Assembly (NCBI GenBank): GCA_001929475.1
Contig: LXFE01004239.1
Coordinates: 1-49,905 of the forward strand
Length of the DNA: 49,905 nucleotides
Source: Neolecta irregularis DAH-3
Lineage: Eukaryota
Direction of reading: 5' to 3'
Of the stretch, positions 1 through 12,131 are shown piece by piece. Both the position numbers and the translations under genes were made by a program. The notes beneath the pieces were generated by a model that saw nothing but the letters and a program-made list of their open reading frames with translations, searched no databases and had not been told where the DNA came from. Every line of letters begins with the position of its first letter. Position 1 is the first letter of the stretch.

Positions 1-195
1 TTCAAGCTTGAGTTTCTTTCCTTGTCCGACGAGAGACGATTTGGTCAATGCTGTTTCCAGTCGCAAGAGTGTCTTTGCATCGAGTGGCTCAAGGTGAGAC
101 TTGAGAGCGGGAGAGCGAGTACCTGAGCGCTAGTGACTGTAGCTTCCATTTCTCCGCGGTGGGCTCTCATCAATGCGGCAAAAGCAGCAGCGACG
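1..195 (-). other. Partial second copy of ATP5 (OSCP) next to an assembly gap (N at 196-205)
   Basis: 1-195 matches 48011-48205 except at 67 (g vs c) and 129 (g vs a). Both changes are synonymous in the ATP5 frame. Confidence 0.9.
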
Positions 196-616
196 NNNNN
201 NNNNNAGGGCATAGCTTGGCTCGTGCCACTGAACCGCTCATGCATCTCTGAAACATTCTACTTCCACCAATCCAGAGCCCTCTGAATCATGTTCCACTGG
301 TTTCATATCATGCCCACCTCGCATCCATCAAGAATCTCCTTTCAAAACTACGTCAAGCGCCATTGGGCCCAGAGCTGTGTTGAATCAACGCTCGCAATCA
401 AGACAAGTAATCCCCAATGTTTGCAATCGTTCTTTTTCTAAACTGCGTCCCAGCAACCGGCGACCCAACATTGCTGAACAGGATCAGTGGCTGATGTCTC
501 AGAGGAGCGTTAGATCAGACAATGGACTTAAGTTTCGCCGGATCTGTGTTACGTCCGAAAAATGCGTTTATAAAAGCGGCCATCTTTCCTCTTCTCGCTA
601 ATCACCTTCATCTTTC

Positions 617-1753
617 ATGTTGTCAGCACCTTTTATCGTTCTCCTCGGTCTCGTTGCAGCTCTGCCAGTCTTGGACCCTGAAAACATCCAAAGCCCAGAT
701 GCACTAAAGGATACCCAGAATACACCCACGACTACTGAGATGCCCCCCCAAATGACTGGCGCAATGACGTCAACCCAGATATTAGAGGACTCTTTCCCTA
801 ACCAGAAATCTCCGTCAGCGTGGAAAACCCCAGATTCACAGTCGACAATCAAGGAACCAAACACGCGAGTGATTCTCCCCAAGTTTGTGTATGCCCCGAA
901 TTATAAGACTCCAAACACTCGAGCGATTGGCCTCCAGGTTGTATCTGCCACGAATCCAAAGGCATTCTATTATCCTAGTGATCCTTATGGGTATCATAAT
1001 AGTGGTCGGCAGATTACAGAGGAATACGTTCCGAAACCCCATCCCGACTATAAAGCCCCCGACTATGAACAGTACCATGCCGAAGAAAACATGGGAAAAG
1101 ACTTTGATAATGGCAATTGTGTTGACAATCCGCCATTGTCAGACAATGATATTAAGCCCTTTGATGATGACAATTGTGCAAAAATTACGCTATTGTCAGA
1201 AGCCGAACAGGTAGAGATGGCAAACAAGGTCCTAGCAGATCGGCAAGCGCGGAAGAAGGAGTTTGACGAGGCCAAGAATGATAAAGAGAAGCGGCTAATT
1301 GTCGCCAAGGCCCTAGACGCATGCGCGGAACTCAAGGGCTGGGTTGTCAAGGCTTGTGCTGCGACAGTATACGATTATGCTAGTGATTACATACCCAACC
1401 TGGATGTGGTAACGACTTACGTTTCACCGTTTGCGGCTGTTGCTGGTGCAGTGATTTCCAATGAAGTCGACGATCGCCTCCAGAATTATGCTCGAACGGC
1501 CGTTGATCTAGAAGGTTCGGACGCGACTATAACCGATATTCTTACCGCCAAACTTTCCCGCCCAAACAAGGCATCCTCAGGAGAGTCTAGTGAAAAGACA
1601 GAAAAAGAGCAGGGTTCCGACAAGAAACCATCATCCTCAGGAGAGTCTAGTAAAAAGACAGAAAAAGAGCAGGATTCAGTCAAGAAACCATCGTCCTCAG
1701 GAGAGTCTAGTAAAAAGACAGAAAAAGAGCAGGATCCAGGCAAGAAACAATGA
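617..1753 (+). CDS. Lineage-specific secreted protein with C-terminal 20-aa tandem repeats (candidate effector)
   Basis: Intronless 378-aa ORF with signal-peptide-like MLSAPFIVLLGLVAALP. TATAAAA lies about 45 nt upstream. No recognisable domain. Confidence 0.7.
   Translation: MLSAPFIVLLGLVAALPVLDPENIQSPDALKDTQNTPTTTEMPPQMTGAMTSTQILEDSFPNQKSPSAWKTPDSQSTIKEPNTRVILPKFVYAPNYKTPNTRAIGLQVVSATNPKAFYYPSDPYGYHNSGRQITEEYVPKPHPDYKAPDYEQYHAEENMGKDFDNGNCVDNPPLSDNDIKPFDDDNCAKITLLSEAEQVEMANKVLADRQARKKEFDEAKNDKEKRLIVAKALDACAELKGWVVKACAATVYDYASDYIPNLDVVTTYVSPFAAVAGAVISNEVDDRLQNYARTAVDLEGSDATITDILTAKLSRPNKASSGESSEKTEKEQGSDKKPSSSGESSKKTEKEQDSVKKPSSSGESSKKTEKEQDPGKKQ
1561..1750 (+). repeat. 60-bp coding tandem repeat, about 3 copies (KKPSSSGESSKKTEKEQxxx)
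   Basis: Lines 1561, 1621 and 1681 align at period 60 (TCCTCAGGAGAGTCTAGT.AAAAGACAGAAAAAGAGCAGG). Confidence 0.95.
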
Positions 1754-2295
1754 TGAAATCTAGACGAAATTTCGATCGGATCAGGAGTGGTAAATTTGAA
1801 ACTTTTATGTAAATGTACAATGAAATGGTCTTAAACGCGTTTTGCCCTTCATAACGAATCCTTCCTTAGGCCCCTCTCAGTCTCCCGCCCTCCTCGTCGC
1901 TATTCTCAGCTTCTCCAGAAAGGTGATCTTCAATGCGACTTTGCGGAATACTCAAGTAGCGCTATATTCAATTATATGTGGTTGAAATAAAGTGTGTAGC
2001 CTGAGTAGCGAAAAAGTCTGTGTGCTATGTGGCTATCCACTTCACTGACACAGTGCCCAACAATCATCCATGCGCTCCCGCGTTGTGGTATGACAAGGCC
2101 AGCCTGCCCTCTTCCCTCGCTTGCACTCCGCACTCCCGCCGGCGCCTCCACCACCGTCACCGACCGCCGCCGCCCATAACCCGCCAGAGCCGCCTACAAC
2201 GCCAACATCCTCGTCTCAGACACCCCCTCCCAGTACTCGACCAGTTCCCCCTGCATCTCCTCCGCATTGCTGCTCTGGTCACCCACCCGCGAGTA

Positions 2296-2432
2296 AGTAA
2301 AAGTCCCACCGGCGGTGACCGCAGGGAACTTTCAGTGAAAACTCCACCTTTTTCGGAACTTGCAGTGAAAATCCCACCGTTTTGGAATTTACAGTAAAAG
2401 TTCCGGAACTTACAGTAAAAGTTCTGTCACCG
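2296..2432. repeat. Array of 4-5 short units GGAA(C/T)TT.CAGT(G/A)AAA.(C/T).CC, resembling DNA-transposon subterminal repeats
   Basis: Units start at about 2325, 2355, 2384 and 2405. They are bracketed by CGGTGAC (2313) and GTCACCG (ending 2432). Confidence 0.65.
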
Positions 2433-4695
2433 TTCACTACTCTCTCTCCACAATTCCACCTTCCGCTCCCCCTCCCCTGCCACCTACCGCATCACCCTCT
2501 CGCCGCCTTGCCCGCTCGCTCCCTTGCTCCCTTTCACCGCGTCGCCCATGCTCTCCCTCACTCCCTCTCGCCACCTTGACCACATGCTCCCTCGCTCCTT
2601 CTCTCTCAATCCCGCTGCTGGTCCTCACCGCAGACTCTGCCGCCGAGCCTAGCAAGTCGCCATTACCACCGCTGCCCTGTTCCGCTGGCTGTACTCGCAC
2701 TGGCCGCTCAGCCCTCAGGCATCCGCGTCGGCACTCAGCCCGCCTGTCGCCGCTGTACTGGCAGGCAAGCTTTGCACCGTGGCGGCCAATCTGGCACTGT
2801 TGATCCGCCGTTCTTACATCTACGATCTCAGATGGGGCACTCGGAGTGTTTTGCATTGGCACAGCTGCTGCGACAAAGCAAGTCCCGCGAGCATCTCCAA
2901 CCCACCGCCAGGCCTTGCCGCAGACTTCGCCACCGAGCTCGGCAAGTCCGCGCGCCTGCCGCTGTAGTCGCCGCCGTGCTGGAAGGCCAGCTTTGCATCA
3001 TGTCTGCCGATCTGGTGTGGTCGATCCACCGCGAGATGAAGAGCATTACGATAGCCTTGTGTTTGATGTCGTTGGTGTCAAATTCAAGACTACTAGTACT
3101 TTATCTGTACGATTATTACAAAAGGAACTCGAAACGCAATTCATTTCTTCGCAAGATTCTGAATCAGAGGAGGAAGAGCATGTCGTTTGTCACATTGATG
3201 ATGAACAAAACTTACAAGGACAAAGCGATGCAATCAGATAACTCAGAGTACTCTTTTTCCCAGGTTTATACTTACTCTCAGGAACGACGAGAATTGAGAG
3301 CTATCCTGGGACAAAAGGACGAGAGTAGTATTACAAAGATCATAGCCGTTGGAAAGAAAGGTCACAGGAGATCGGAATATGAGAATCATTGCCTTCGCTG
3401 CAGCCCGCTGTCAGTCAGCTATTGCCCGCTGTCAATCAACCGCATCCCGCAGTCAGTCAAACCCCGCCAGCAGTCAATCACCACCATCCATCAAGGCTGT
3501 TGTCGCCCCGCTCGACTCTCTGCGGCTGCTGTGGATGGTGCGCTACCTGCGCAAAGTCTTATGGCTGGGCAGTCTGTCGCCCCTACTTCGCACCAAACTC
3601 ATCGATGACCTCTACCAACCCGCGCTCTACAACCTCTTATTCTACTTGCACTGTCCCTCCCCGCGTCTGGGCACCCTCAAACATATTCGCGTCTCCACAG
3701 AGCTAGATTCCTTCATCGCATAGGGCGAGGAATTAATTTTCTGTGTTAATGATCCAGTGAAGATAAAATACTACCCGAGAACTGAGCATAAATGGTTAGT
3801 CTGATTAATAGAAAACTATAATCTTCCCTCGCCTGCCTCACCGACTTGTTTCATCTGACTCCCCTGTCTGTAGGCTCGCTGCTCCCAGACCCGCCTCCTC
3901 TGGCCCCTCTGCAGAAACACCTGGGGCACCTGCACCAGCACCAGCATGATTTGTGTCTCAAAAGAGGCGCTTCTTTCGGCAGACCTTGACCTGAAGTGTC
4001 CCCCTTTTTATCTCCCTTCTCACCGCTAGATACCTCTTTCGCTCACGAATCCCCACCTTATATCCCTTCCTTTGACACACAATCACTAGTGTTCGCTCTG
4101 CCGTCTTATGAGCTCTCCCATTCTCTGTCGTCGTACAGAAATTTTAATTTTTATGCAACGCAGATTCATGATGTCGCAATAACAGTATCTGACCTTTACG
4201 TAATTGGAAGAGAAAGAAGTGGACACTAGGTCAAATGAAAATATCCAGAGAAAAAAAGAAGAAATCATTTGAGTGTTTTGCGAAACATGGGTAATAAAAA
4301 ACCTGATATTTGAAGTTCTTCTTAGTAGGTCGATAAAAAGGTGATAATGTGAATACAGGCTTGAATATTTAAGAATTCCCACTTGCAAAGAAGCACTGCA
4401 CGCAGCTAATGCATTAGTGTGGAAGTTCTTTACTTTGACTGTTGGCAGTCTGCATGGAGACTAGCTTAAGAGATGACCCTGGCTAATATTACTAAACATT
4501 CGTGCTAGATCATTCGGTTGAAGTGTAAACAAGATCACGAATAACTGCGAGAACCGTTCTGATTCCTGTTAGATCACGCTATCAAAAGTGGGGTCGCATG
4601 ACAAAGGGCTTGACTTAGGCTATTCCCAGTTGCCTTTAAAGAGAGGATAGCCCGAATCTTCAGAAGATCGTACAATACAAAGCAATCAAATTCCA

Positions 4696-5118
4696 ATGCC
4701 CACTTATATGGAAGCCATCGAAACGAAAATCGACCTCTTCTATTCGTGTATCATGTCTGGTCGTGCAGAAGAGGCGAAGGATTATGTCACTTCCAACTTC
4801 GTACTTGAAGAGGCCCTAGAACTCCCTTATTCCCAATCGAAGTACAACGGACTGACAGAAGTATCAAACTTTTTCAAAGAACTGAATACATTAATCGAGA
4901 TCATGGGGACACCTGAAATCAAAATCAGTGTTCCTTCAGCAAGTTTGGCATTTGCAGTCATATCCTTTCCAGTGAAAGTCCGAAAGACGGGTGTAGAATT
5001 TAAATTTGAAGCGATTGAGATGTTGAGCATAGTTGATGGAAGAATTGCTTATGTTAAACCTCACTACTTCAGACAAAAGCCATTTTTAGATGTTATTCAA
5101 AACAGTGTCTCAACATGA
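4696..5118 (+). CDS. SnoaL-like / NTF2-fold (ketosteroid isomerase-like) protein
   Basis: Intronless 140-aa ORF. The motifs EALELPYS..YNG, VRKTG..F....IEML.IVDGRI...KPHYF are typical of SnoaL-like NTF2 proteins. Confidence 0.75.
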   Translation: MPTYMEAIETKIDLFYSCIMSGRAEEAKDYVTSNFVLEEALELPYSQSKYNGLTEVSNFFKELNTLIEIMGTPEIKISVPSASLAFAVISFPVKVRKTGVEFKFEAIEMLSIVDGRIAYVKPHYFRQKPFLDVIQNSVST

Positions 5119-5679
5119 GGTATTTCAAGCTAGAATTATGAACATATACTCTTTATGAACCTAAGAAGAGGAGTGCTTTAAACAAATAGCCGTATCTAAT
5201 TCGAGATCTTCTTGATTGACGACTTATTGACAAGTCAGCGAACGCAAGATGAAGCGCCTGCTCTATCCGGTGCAGGTTGCTTCCATAATATGTTGAGCTC
5301 TGAACAGCCTCGAAATTGAAGGCCGTAATTGTGGTGTCAAGAGCTGTATAAGGTCGGTGGGGTGCCAGTCATTAATGGTTCAAAATCATAATAAGTCCAC
5401 GGAATAGATTTTTTTTCATATCAAATGTTATTGATTGTAAGGCAACAGCGCTTAAGGGCACTTGAAAAATAGAGAATAGTTTAAGGGAAATGGTGTAGCC
5501 ACTTTTGAAAAAGAGAGCGACACAGAAGTGTCCGCAAGCGAAAGAAGTCTATCAAAGGAATTGAGAGAATATAGTTATTAGAGAACATTTTGTATTATTA
5601 AAAAAAGAAGTGTTTTTATTCTAAGTTTTCAAATCTATCTACTACAGCAGACGAGAATATCGTTGAGACAAAGAAGAAT

Positions 5680-6597
5680 TTACATCCAGTAAGCACCAAT
5701 CGCGAAAATGGTAGCCAAAAGAATCTTAGAGGACCCCGAAGTCTTCGCAGCAGCGCCGGTAAAAGTTGGAAGGATATTAGATCCGCTTTGGGGACTAGCC
5801 GCAGCTGAGCCAGACTTGACAGTAGAACCTGAAGCAGAACCTGAAGCAGAACCTGAAGTAGAACCTGAAGCAGAACCTGAAGCAGAACCTGAAGTAGAAC
5901 CTGAAGCAGAACCTGGAGCAGAACCTGAAGTAGAACCTGAAGCAGAACCTGGAGTAGAACCTCGAGTAGAACCTGAAGTGGAACCTGAGTTGGGGCCTGA
6001 AATGAAGCTTGACTCGGGACCTGAAGCGGAGCCTGAAGTGGAACCGGATCGAGAAGTTGGTTTAGGAAAACAGATCGCGCTATCTGAACACTTACTGGAA
6101 GACGATCCAGAATTCTGGTCTTCTGGTCTTCTGGCTCCATTGAAAGGTAGACTGGGATGATAGAAAGTTCCGTTGCCAGAAGGTGCGGCAGGCATGGTAG
6201 CATTGTAAGCAGCACCCATCTTGAATGGTTTGTGGGTGACTGGAACCACTCCTGATGGGATTGTAACATTCGAGACGTTGTTGATGATGATCGATTGTTT
6301 GGCTCCTGGAGAGTTGACAATGGGAGCGTTGACAATGTTGCCATTGACGACAACGTTGATGGTTTGGTTGACTCGAGTATTGGAGACGATGGAGCTGTTG
6401 GAAATGCTAATAGTCCCATAGTTGGCAACCTCGAAATTTCCAGACGTGAGACCTTGGTCGAAATTCAACTTGATGCCATTGTCACCACTGGGGGATGCAA
6501 CAACCGTGCCAGTATCTTTCTCTGGGGCAGGTGTCTGGATGAAGGCGCCGGCGATGGAAGCTGGGGCGATAACGGCGAGGATTGCAATAAATTTCAT
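5680..6597 (-). CDS. Ser/Gly/Thr-rich secreted, probably GPI-anchored cell-wall protein
   Basis: ATG at 6597 starts signal peptide [18 protein letters not shown]. There are GSAS/GSTS repeats and a GPI-like tail (TFTGAAA...[14 protein letters not shown]). TATAAAA lies on the minus strand near 6670. Confidence 0.85.
   Translation of the reverse strand: MKFIAILAVIAPASIAGAFIQTPAPEKDTGTVVASPSGDNGIKLNFDQGLTSGNFEVANYGTISISNSSIVSNTRVNQTINVVVNGNIVNAPIVNSPGAKQSIIINNVSNVTIPSGVVPVTHKPFKMGAAYNATMPAAPSGNGTFYHPSLPFNGARRPEDQNSGSSSSKCSDSAICFPKPTSRSGSTSGSASGPESSFISGPNSGSTSGSTRGSTPGSASGSTSGSAPGSASGSTSGSASGSASGSTSGSASGSASGSTVKSGSAAASPQSGSNILPTFTGAAAKTSGSSKILLATIFAIGAYWM
5821..6048 (-). repeat. 12-bp coding minisatellite (GGTTCTGCTTCA / GGTTCTACTTCA)
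   Basis: Directly visible tandem AGAACCTGAAGC/AGAACCTGAAGT units on the + strand. Confidence 0.95.
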
Positions 6598-6901
6598 GAC
6601 GGATAGAGTATTCAGAACGATTGTCGGATGAACAAGTTGTTTGATTGATTTGCGGTAAAGAGCCTGCCATTTTATAGGCCTCAAAAGAGAGTGACCCAGG
6701 GGAAAGAATGAAGGAAGTTGAACGACCAGTAGTCATTGCTGGTGTATGGTTAAAGGTGTCATAGGATCCAAGAACGGAGGTGTAGGCTGTCATAGGCAGT
6801 TGGGATTTAGACTCCAAAGAATTTTCCGCATGTGCCGAGGTATGTGATGTAATTGCATTCTCCCCGCTTCCTCCTCACACACAACATCTACCATACCCAC
6901 C

Positions 6902-7437
6902 ATGAGTTCTGGTGTAATCGTTCTCACTAAGGACCACGGCTATGTCATCATGAATGCGGCTCTAGTCTCCATAGGTTCGTAACTGGTATCATTGTAAATC
7001 TCTGACATCAATAAGTTGCTATGTGGCATTCCATAAATGTTGGCCGTTGCAGAAAAGCAGCCGGAATTCATTATCCAGAGACTTACGCTCCTAAGGAGCT
7101 GGCTGAGAAGAATGTTGAAGCGATGCGGTTCAATTGCGCCCAGAGGGCTCACTGTGTATGTATATCGGTCCTCATCAGATACTAAAGGCACTAGAACTTC
7201 CTCGAAGCACTTCCCTGTTTCATTATTCCCTACTTTACTTCATCTCTGATGTTCCCTAAATCTGCAGCGGTACTCGGAGTTGCTTGGAATATCGGGCGAA
7301 TCGTCTATGCCAAAGGATATTCTACTGGAAACCCCAAGAAGCGTCTGCGTGGATCATTCTCATTCCTCTCTATCGTCAGTTTGATGGGACTGAGCTTTTA
7401 TTCTGGATATCAAATACTCACAGGCAATATTGCTTAA
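6902..7437 (+). CDS. MAPEG family microsomal glutathione S-transferase 3-like (3 exons)
   Basis: The spliced translation contains RKAAGIHYP, FNCAQRAHCNFLE and GRIVYAKGYSTGNPKKRLRG. Confidence 0.9.
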
Positions 7438-8294
7438 ATTTTGATTCACGGTCCTTAGAGACTGGTTTTTGTTATTGCTCAATGATATCTGTTTTTGTGC
7501 ATGAGCCCAGAGACTTGAATTTCCCTCTAGATTTTCAGGTGAACCTTTCGCGAACGTGGAACTCTCTTCATTTGATTGCAGTAGCACAATATTTATGACA
7601 GCCAAGGTATTGGGTAAACAAGGCTCTGTTTACCGAACTTCGTTTACCCGTTCACTGCTTTGATTGCCTTACTTGCCTTCTTTCTCAATGGATCTATACT
7701 TAGTAGCTATAACCTCTGAGGCCGCTGGATGAGAATTTGGCATGCGTTATTCCATCATCACTAACAGCGACAGAAACGATCCATTCTATTGCCCAAGACG
7801 TGGTCTCTAGCCCACACTTTACGTAACAGCCCGTTTATAATTTGTGGCAGTATGGCTTATGGATAGCTTCTCGCCTTCACGCCCAGCTAATAATATTCTC
7901 GATGGCACAGCTGGGATTAAATCTACTGATTTTATTACAAATCGTTTAAACTTTAGCTGAAAGTAGGGCAGCTTTTTTAGGCATATCCAATATCATGACT
8001 TGAAAGAATAGATTTTCGTTCTGTTTACCTCTTCGAGGGGTCAGTAAAGGAATTATAATATATCAATCATTTACGAGACTGCACATTGTCATGGTTGCGA
8101 TACAATTTTGTAGGAAACAAGTTTAGCAACGCGCTTGAAATTCGATTTTGCGCAGAAAGAAAAGCGTAGCAGAAACCCGACTTTACAAGATATTGACGTT
8201 GGGAAGAAAACACAATTCTTAAACGGCGCTATGGTGTTTGGCAGCAGTTTGTGAAACGTCGAAATATCTTGAAGTCAACCTCAATTCGGATGAG

Positions 8295-8701
8295 ATGTCA
8301 TCTCTCCAGACATTCGTCAACAGTAATCTGCCCATAGGGAGAATATATATAACAGCGTAGAGTTAGTAACGATTGTCACTGCCGATGGTCGAATATTGAC
8401 GGTGAGCAAATTATCTTGTTGCCATATGACTTACGGGGCAGGGAGATCTTATCGGTTACGACCAGACCACTAACCTGATTCTGAAGAACACTGAAGAACG
8501 GATTTTTCGGATCGACGAGGGTGTTGAGATTGCCAAGCTGGGGTTATATGTATTGAGAGGGGATTCAATGTGGGCACTGGCTAGAATAATACGCTAACAT
8601 TCAGTGTTCTTGTGGGAGAGACGGATACTGAACTTGAAGATAAAATAGACTGGCTCAAAATCAAGGCTGATCAGATCCAAGAGGTGCGGCATGGAATGTA
8701 A
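8295..8701 (+). CDS. LSM8: U6 snRNA-associated Sm-like protein LSm8 (4 exons; absent from the ORF track)
   Basis: Spliced: MSSLQTFVNKLVTIVTADGRILTGDLIGYDQTTNLIL...LGLYVLRGDSIVLVGETDTELEDKIDW. Confidence 0.92.
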
Positions 8702-8783
8702 TGTTAAGTTTAAAAAGAAATTTTGAGTAATGTTACACTCAGTAATGCTAGCCGTACCCCTCAAATTGATTTACTTATCTTCT

Positions 8784-9639
8784 TTATGCAATATTCCCCT
8801 GAGCTTCCATTGCTTCAACCAGTTCCTTCAGTGGCGCAATATCCTTGGGATCCAACAACTCGTAGGTCTAGAAGTCAGTATTTTCCGTGCCTTTCATTCC
8901 ATGCCTTTCCAAAACTGATAAAATGAGCAAAGAAGGAATTCCAGTGAGCTTCCAAGCTTAAATGCAAGATCTTGTCAAAGTGATTATGATAGATATGCGC
9001 AAAGACTCGAAACATCTGCTTATAGATCGCTTTAACATTATTTGTGAAAACCCCAGGGAATTCCTGCGAAGCTTTGGTGGGAAATATAGACTCGTCATTA
9101 AGACGCTCATTCGTCCAACTAAGTAGATATTCAATATAATGAGGCGCAGGCAGACGTATCTGCCTGCGGTTGGCATCTGGCCAGGTATAGTCACAGCTAA
9201 GGGAGTGAGCCAGGGCCATAAAAACAGATGTACCCAGGGCCGGCCGACATCGTTGGGCATGTCTGAAGACTACAAAACTCCTGGAGAACACCGTAAAACT
9301 GGTTGAGAGAGTTGAAGAACTCAAACACTTTTGCCAATAAATATAACGCTAAGGAATTTCAGGGATATTAATACCATTCAAGGCAAGCCATTCTTTGACA
9401 TCAACGTACTTTGGAGGATCCACGATAGTTTTGAAGCTCCCCTTCAGCAATGCAGTCCGTACAAACGGTTGACAGAGGAAAAGAGGTTTTGATACCGAGG
9501 AGTTCCCGATTGCAGAGGTAGTACTAGACGTAGACTTGTTCTTTTGGCGATTAGAATTTCGGCCAATTCGACTAGAATGAGAGAAATTCAGGACTCAAGA
9601 CAATAGAATGGCTTACCCCAGCGAATTAAAGAAGGACAT
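8784..9639 (-). CDS. MOB2: Cbk1 kinase activator Mob2 (multi-exon)
   Basis: KPLFLCQPFVRTALLKGSFKTIVDPPKYVDVKEWLA and IYKQMFRVFAHIYHNHFDKILHLSLEAHWNSFFAHF. The last intron (8868-8904) is GC-AG. Confidence 0.92.
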
Positions 9640-9791
9640 GATCCGAAATGACGAAATGGTGAAGGTGAATGTAATGACGAGACAAATTTATAGGAGAGGG
9701 TAAGCGGAGGTCAAAACTGATTAGCGCTAGACTTTGCCGGTGAACACGCTACTTTGAGGCCACCAGAATCAGTATTTACAGTGGCTATTAA

Positions 9792-11060
9792 ATGGAAAGT
9801 GATTTATTTGGCGACGAGCCCGAAATTCATCAAGAACATGGGGCTGCTCCACAAGTGAAGGAGCAGAATGAGCACCTGTTCAGTGATGACAATGGAAACG
9901 ACAGAGACCATACTCTGTACGTTCCTAAACATACTCCAACATAACATTATAGATCACAGTCGCCTCAGAATAAAGCCGAGGCTCAAACCGAGAATGAAGA
10001 CGAAGACGAAGGATATAGGATGGAAGCACGGATACCAAATTTTCCATTCCGTCAACCAGAAAACGAGAAAGTATTTACAACAATTTCCTGATATTTGTGA
10101 CATGATAGATTTACCTAGCTCGATTACCACAGTTCCTCGCGAGAGATCATCGACCTTTTAATCCGGAAGAGTACCTGTTGGTTGCTGAGGAGGATGCCCA
10201 AACATTCCTTGATCCATATGAAAAGGACGAACAGATCAAGAGACGCGTTGAAAATACACTGAGATGGCGGAACATGAAAGATGCTTCTGGTGACTATGTA
10301 TGACATATGCCTGGCTTTAATCGTTGATGTCCAGGTTCGGCAAACTAATACTCGATTCATAAGATGGTCAGACGGAAGTTTATCACTCAAAGTCGGTTCC
10401 GAATTATTCGATGTACAGCTCAAAGAATCAGAGTATGCCTATTTAGCCCAAATTCACGAGGCACAGGAGCTAATCCACTCAAAAGCTCTTGTTAACTATG
10501 AAATGACTTTTGTTCCTGCGGATGTCAACAGCGAGACACATAAACGATTTGCAGAGAGTCTGGCACTGAAACAAGTCAGAGGACGGGCTATCCAAGAGAT
10601 CTTCACAAATGAGGATCCAGAGAAAGTCAAGCGGGAAGCTGAAAAGGTTTTTTACAACATAAAATGGACCACTGACTTCAAGGCTGAAGAAGAACGTATA
10701 AGGTCACGTAAACGTCTCGAAAATAAACAAGAACGAACAAGAGTTTCTCGACATGAAGGAAATGTAACTCTGACAGCTGAAGGACTGGAAGGAGAGGACC
10801 GCATTGATACTGGAACTCGAGCCATTGATCGATATGCTGAAGATGAAGATGACTTTGTTGTTGATGATGAAATTGACGATCTGGAAGACAGCAGAAGGGC
10901 TGAAAGGTTGCGAAGTCTGAAGGAAGAAGGCGCTAGAAGATACAAAGATCACACAAATCATGGAGATGAAGAATTCCCAGTAGGTAGCGGCGATGAGAAC
11001 GACGATTCTGTTCCAAAGGTCAAGAAGCGGCGAATTATTACTAGTGATGACGAGGAGTAA
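9792..11060 (+). CDS. LEO1: Paf1 complex subunit Leo1 (multi-exon)
   Basis: Acidic N-terminus (MESDLFGDE), ENTLRWR, the Leo1 signature NTRFIRWSDGSLSLKVGSELFDV, and an acidic C-terminus. Confidence 0.88.
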
Positions 11061-12131
11061 TATATTCTAACTTGTACTTTTAGAAAAAGTCTAAGACCTA
11101 ATCACCATTGAAATAAATTTAAGAAATATCCCGATTGATAGCGTGATGAAAATATATACGCGCAGGCTCCCCTGAAAGATTCTCGTAACGAGAAAACAAT
11201 CTGGGAAGTCCACCGCTTTTAATCTAAAGAGCTGGAACGAGCCGACTCATTTCTAGGAATGCTTCTGTCAGCTAACTAGACACCCGAAGGTGATGCTCTT
11301 AGGACTATTTAATATTGTTGGTATTAGTAGTCCTACTGATGATGTAAGAGAAAACGGATGCGCTTGACAACGCTTTTTATACGGTCGTTTCATGGTTAAT
11401 TAGCGGCTTTTGAAAAATTTCTGAAGATTATCATGATTTACCATATTACTTGTTGAAGTTTGTTTGTATTGGCGTCAGTCGACTCTCGAATAGTGAATGT
11501 AGCTCGTGAAGCCGAATACTGTAGCGGTCTGCCCACAGAGCCTTCTATATCTACAAGCTTGATAAGCTCAGTGTCTCATGGCGGTCATCATGTTATACTA
11601 TGGCTACTATGGTCGTTTTATATCAAGCCGCTCTTCTCAGTTTGCTGCCCGGAAGCAAGTAGTTTCATAAAATAGGAACATTTAAAGAAAATAGAGCTTC
11701 GTAAGTTATCTGCAAACATCGCTCTTTCCGGGGAATTCTTTATCCGAGAGTTTGAGTTCACATTCGTGACATCATCGATATTAAAGGATTGATCAAAGAC
11801 ACAAGAGACTGATATGACCAACAGAGAATCTAACAAAGACAATCTCATATCATGACAGTACGTGTGGCTTTTTTCAATAATACCTCCTGCTGTAAAAAGA
11901 AACGTTTTCGTGCTGTAATTTTGTCAAGACGTGTCATTGAAAATCTCTCACTCCACCAAAACTCCTCACCGTCCATCCCTTCAGTCGTCCATTTCTTTCA
12001 GTCCTTGCTGAACTGCATTTGCATTTAACAGTCAAGCAACAGTCTCTGACCCCGTTCATTATCGCACAGCCAGAAAGCAGAGTGTGGAGACGGTAATATC
12101 TAGACGAACAACTTCGTCATCAACCCCAAAA

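Noticed and set aside
2296-2432. CRISPR-like array
   Set aside because: The DNA is eukaryotic, the spacers are short and similar to each other, and there are no cas genes.
5616-6428. Alternative-frame ORFs (QVLL repeats; EPEA repeats on +)
   Set aside because: They are by-products of the 12-bp minisatellite in the GPI protein gene.
11400-11848. Possible small secreted gene on the minus strand (MRLSLLDSLLVISVSC...)
   Set aside because: The frames are broken by stops, with no convincing intron set or homology. It could be a pseudogene, but I cannot support that.
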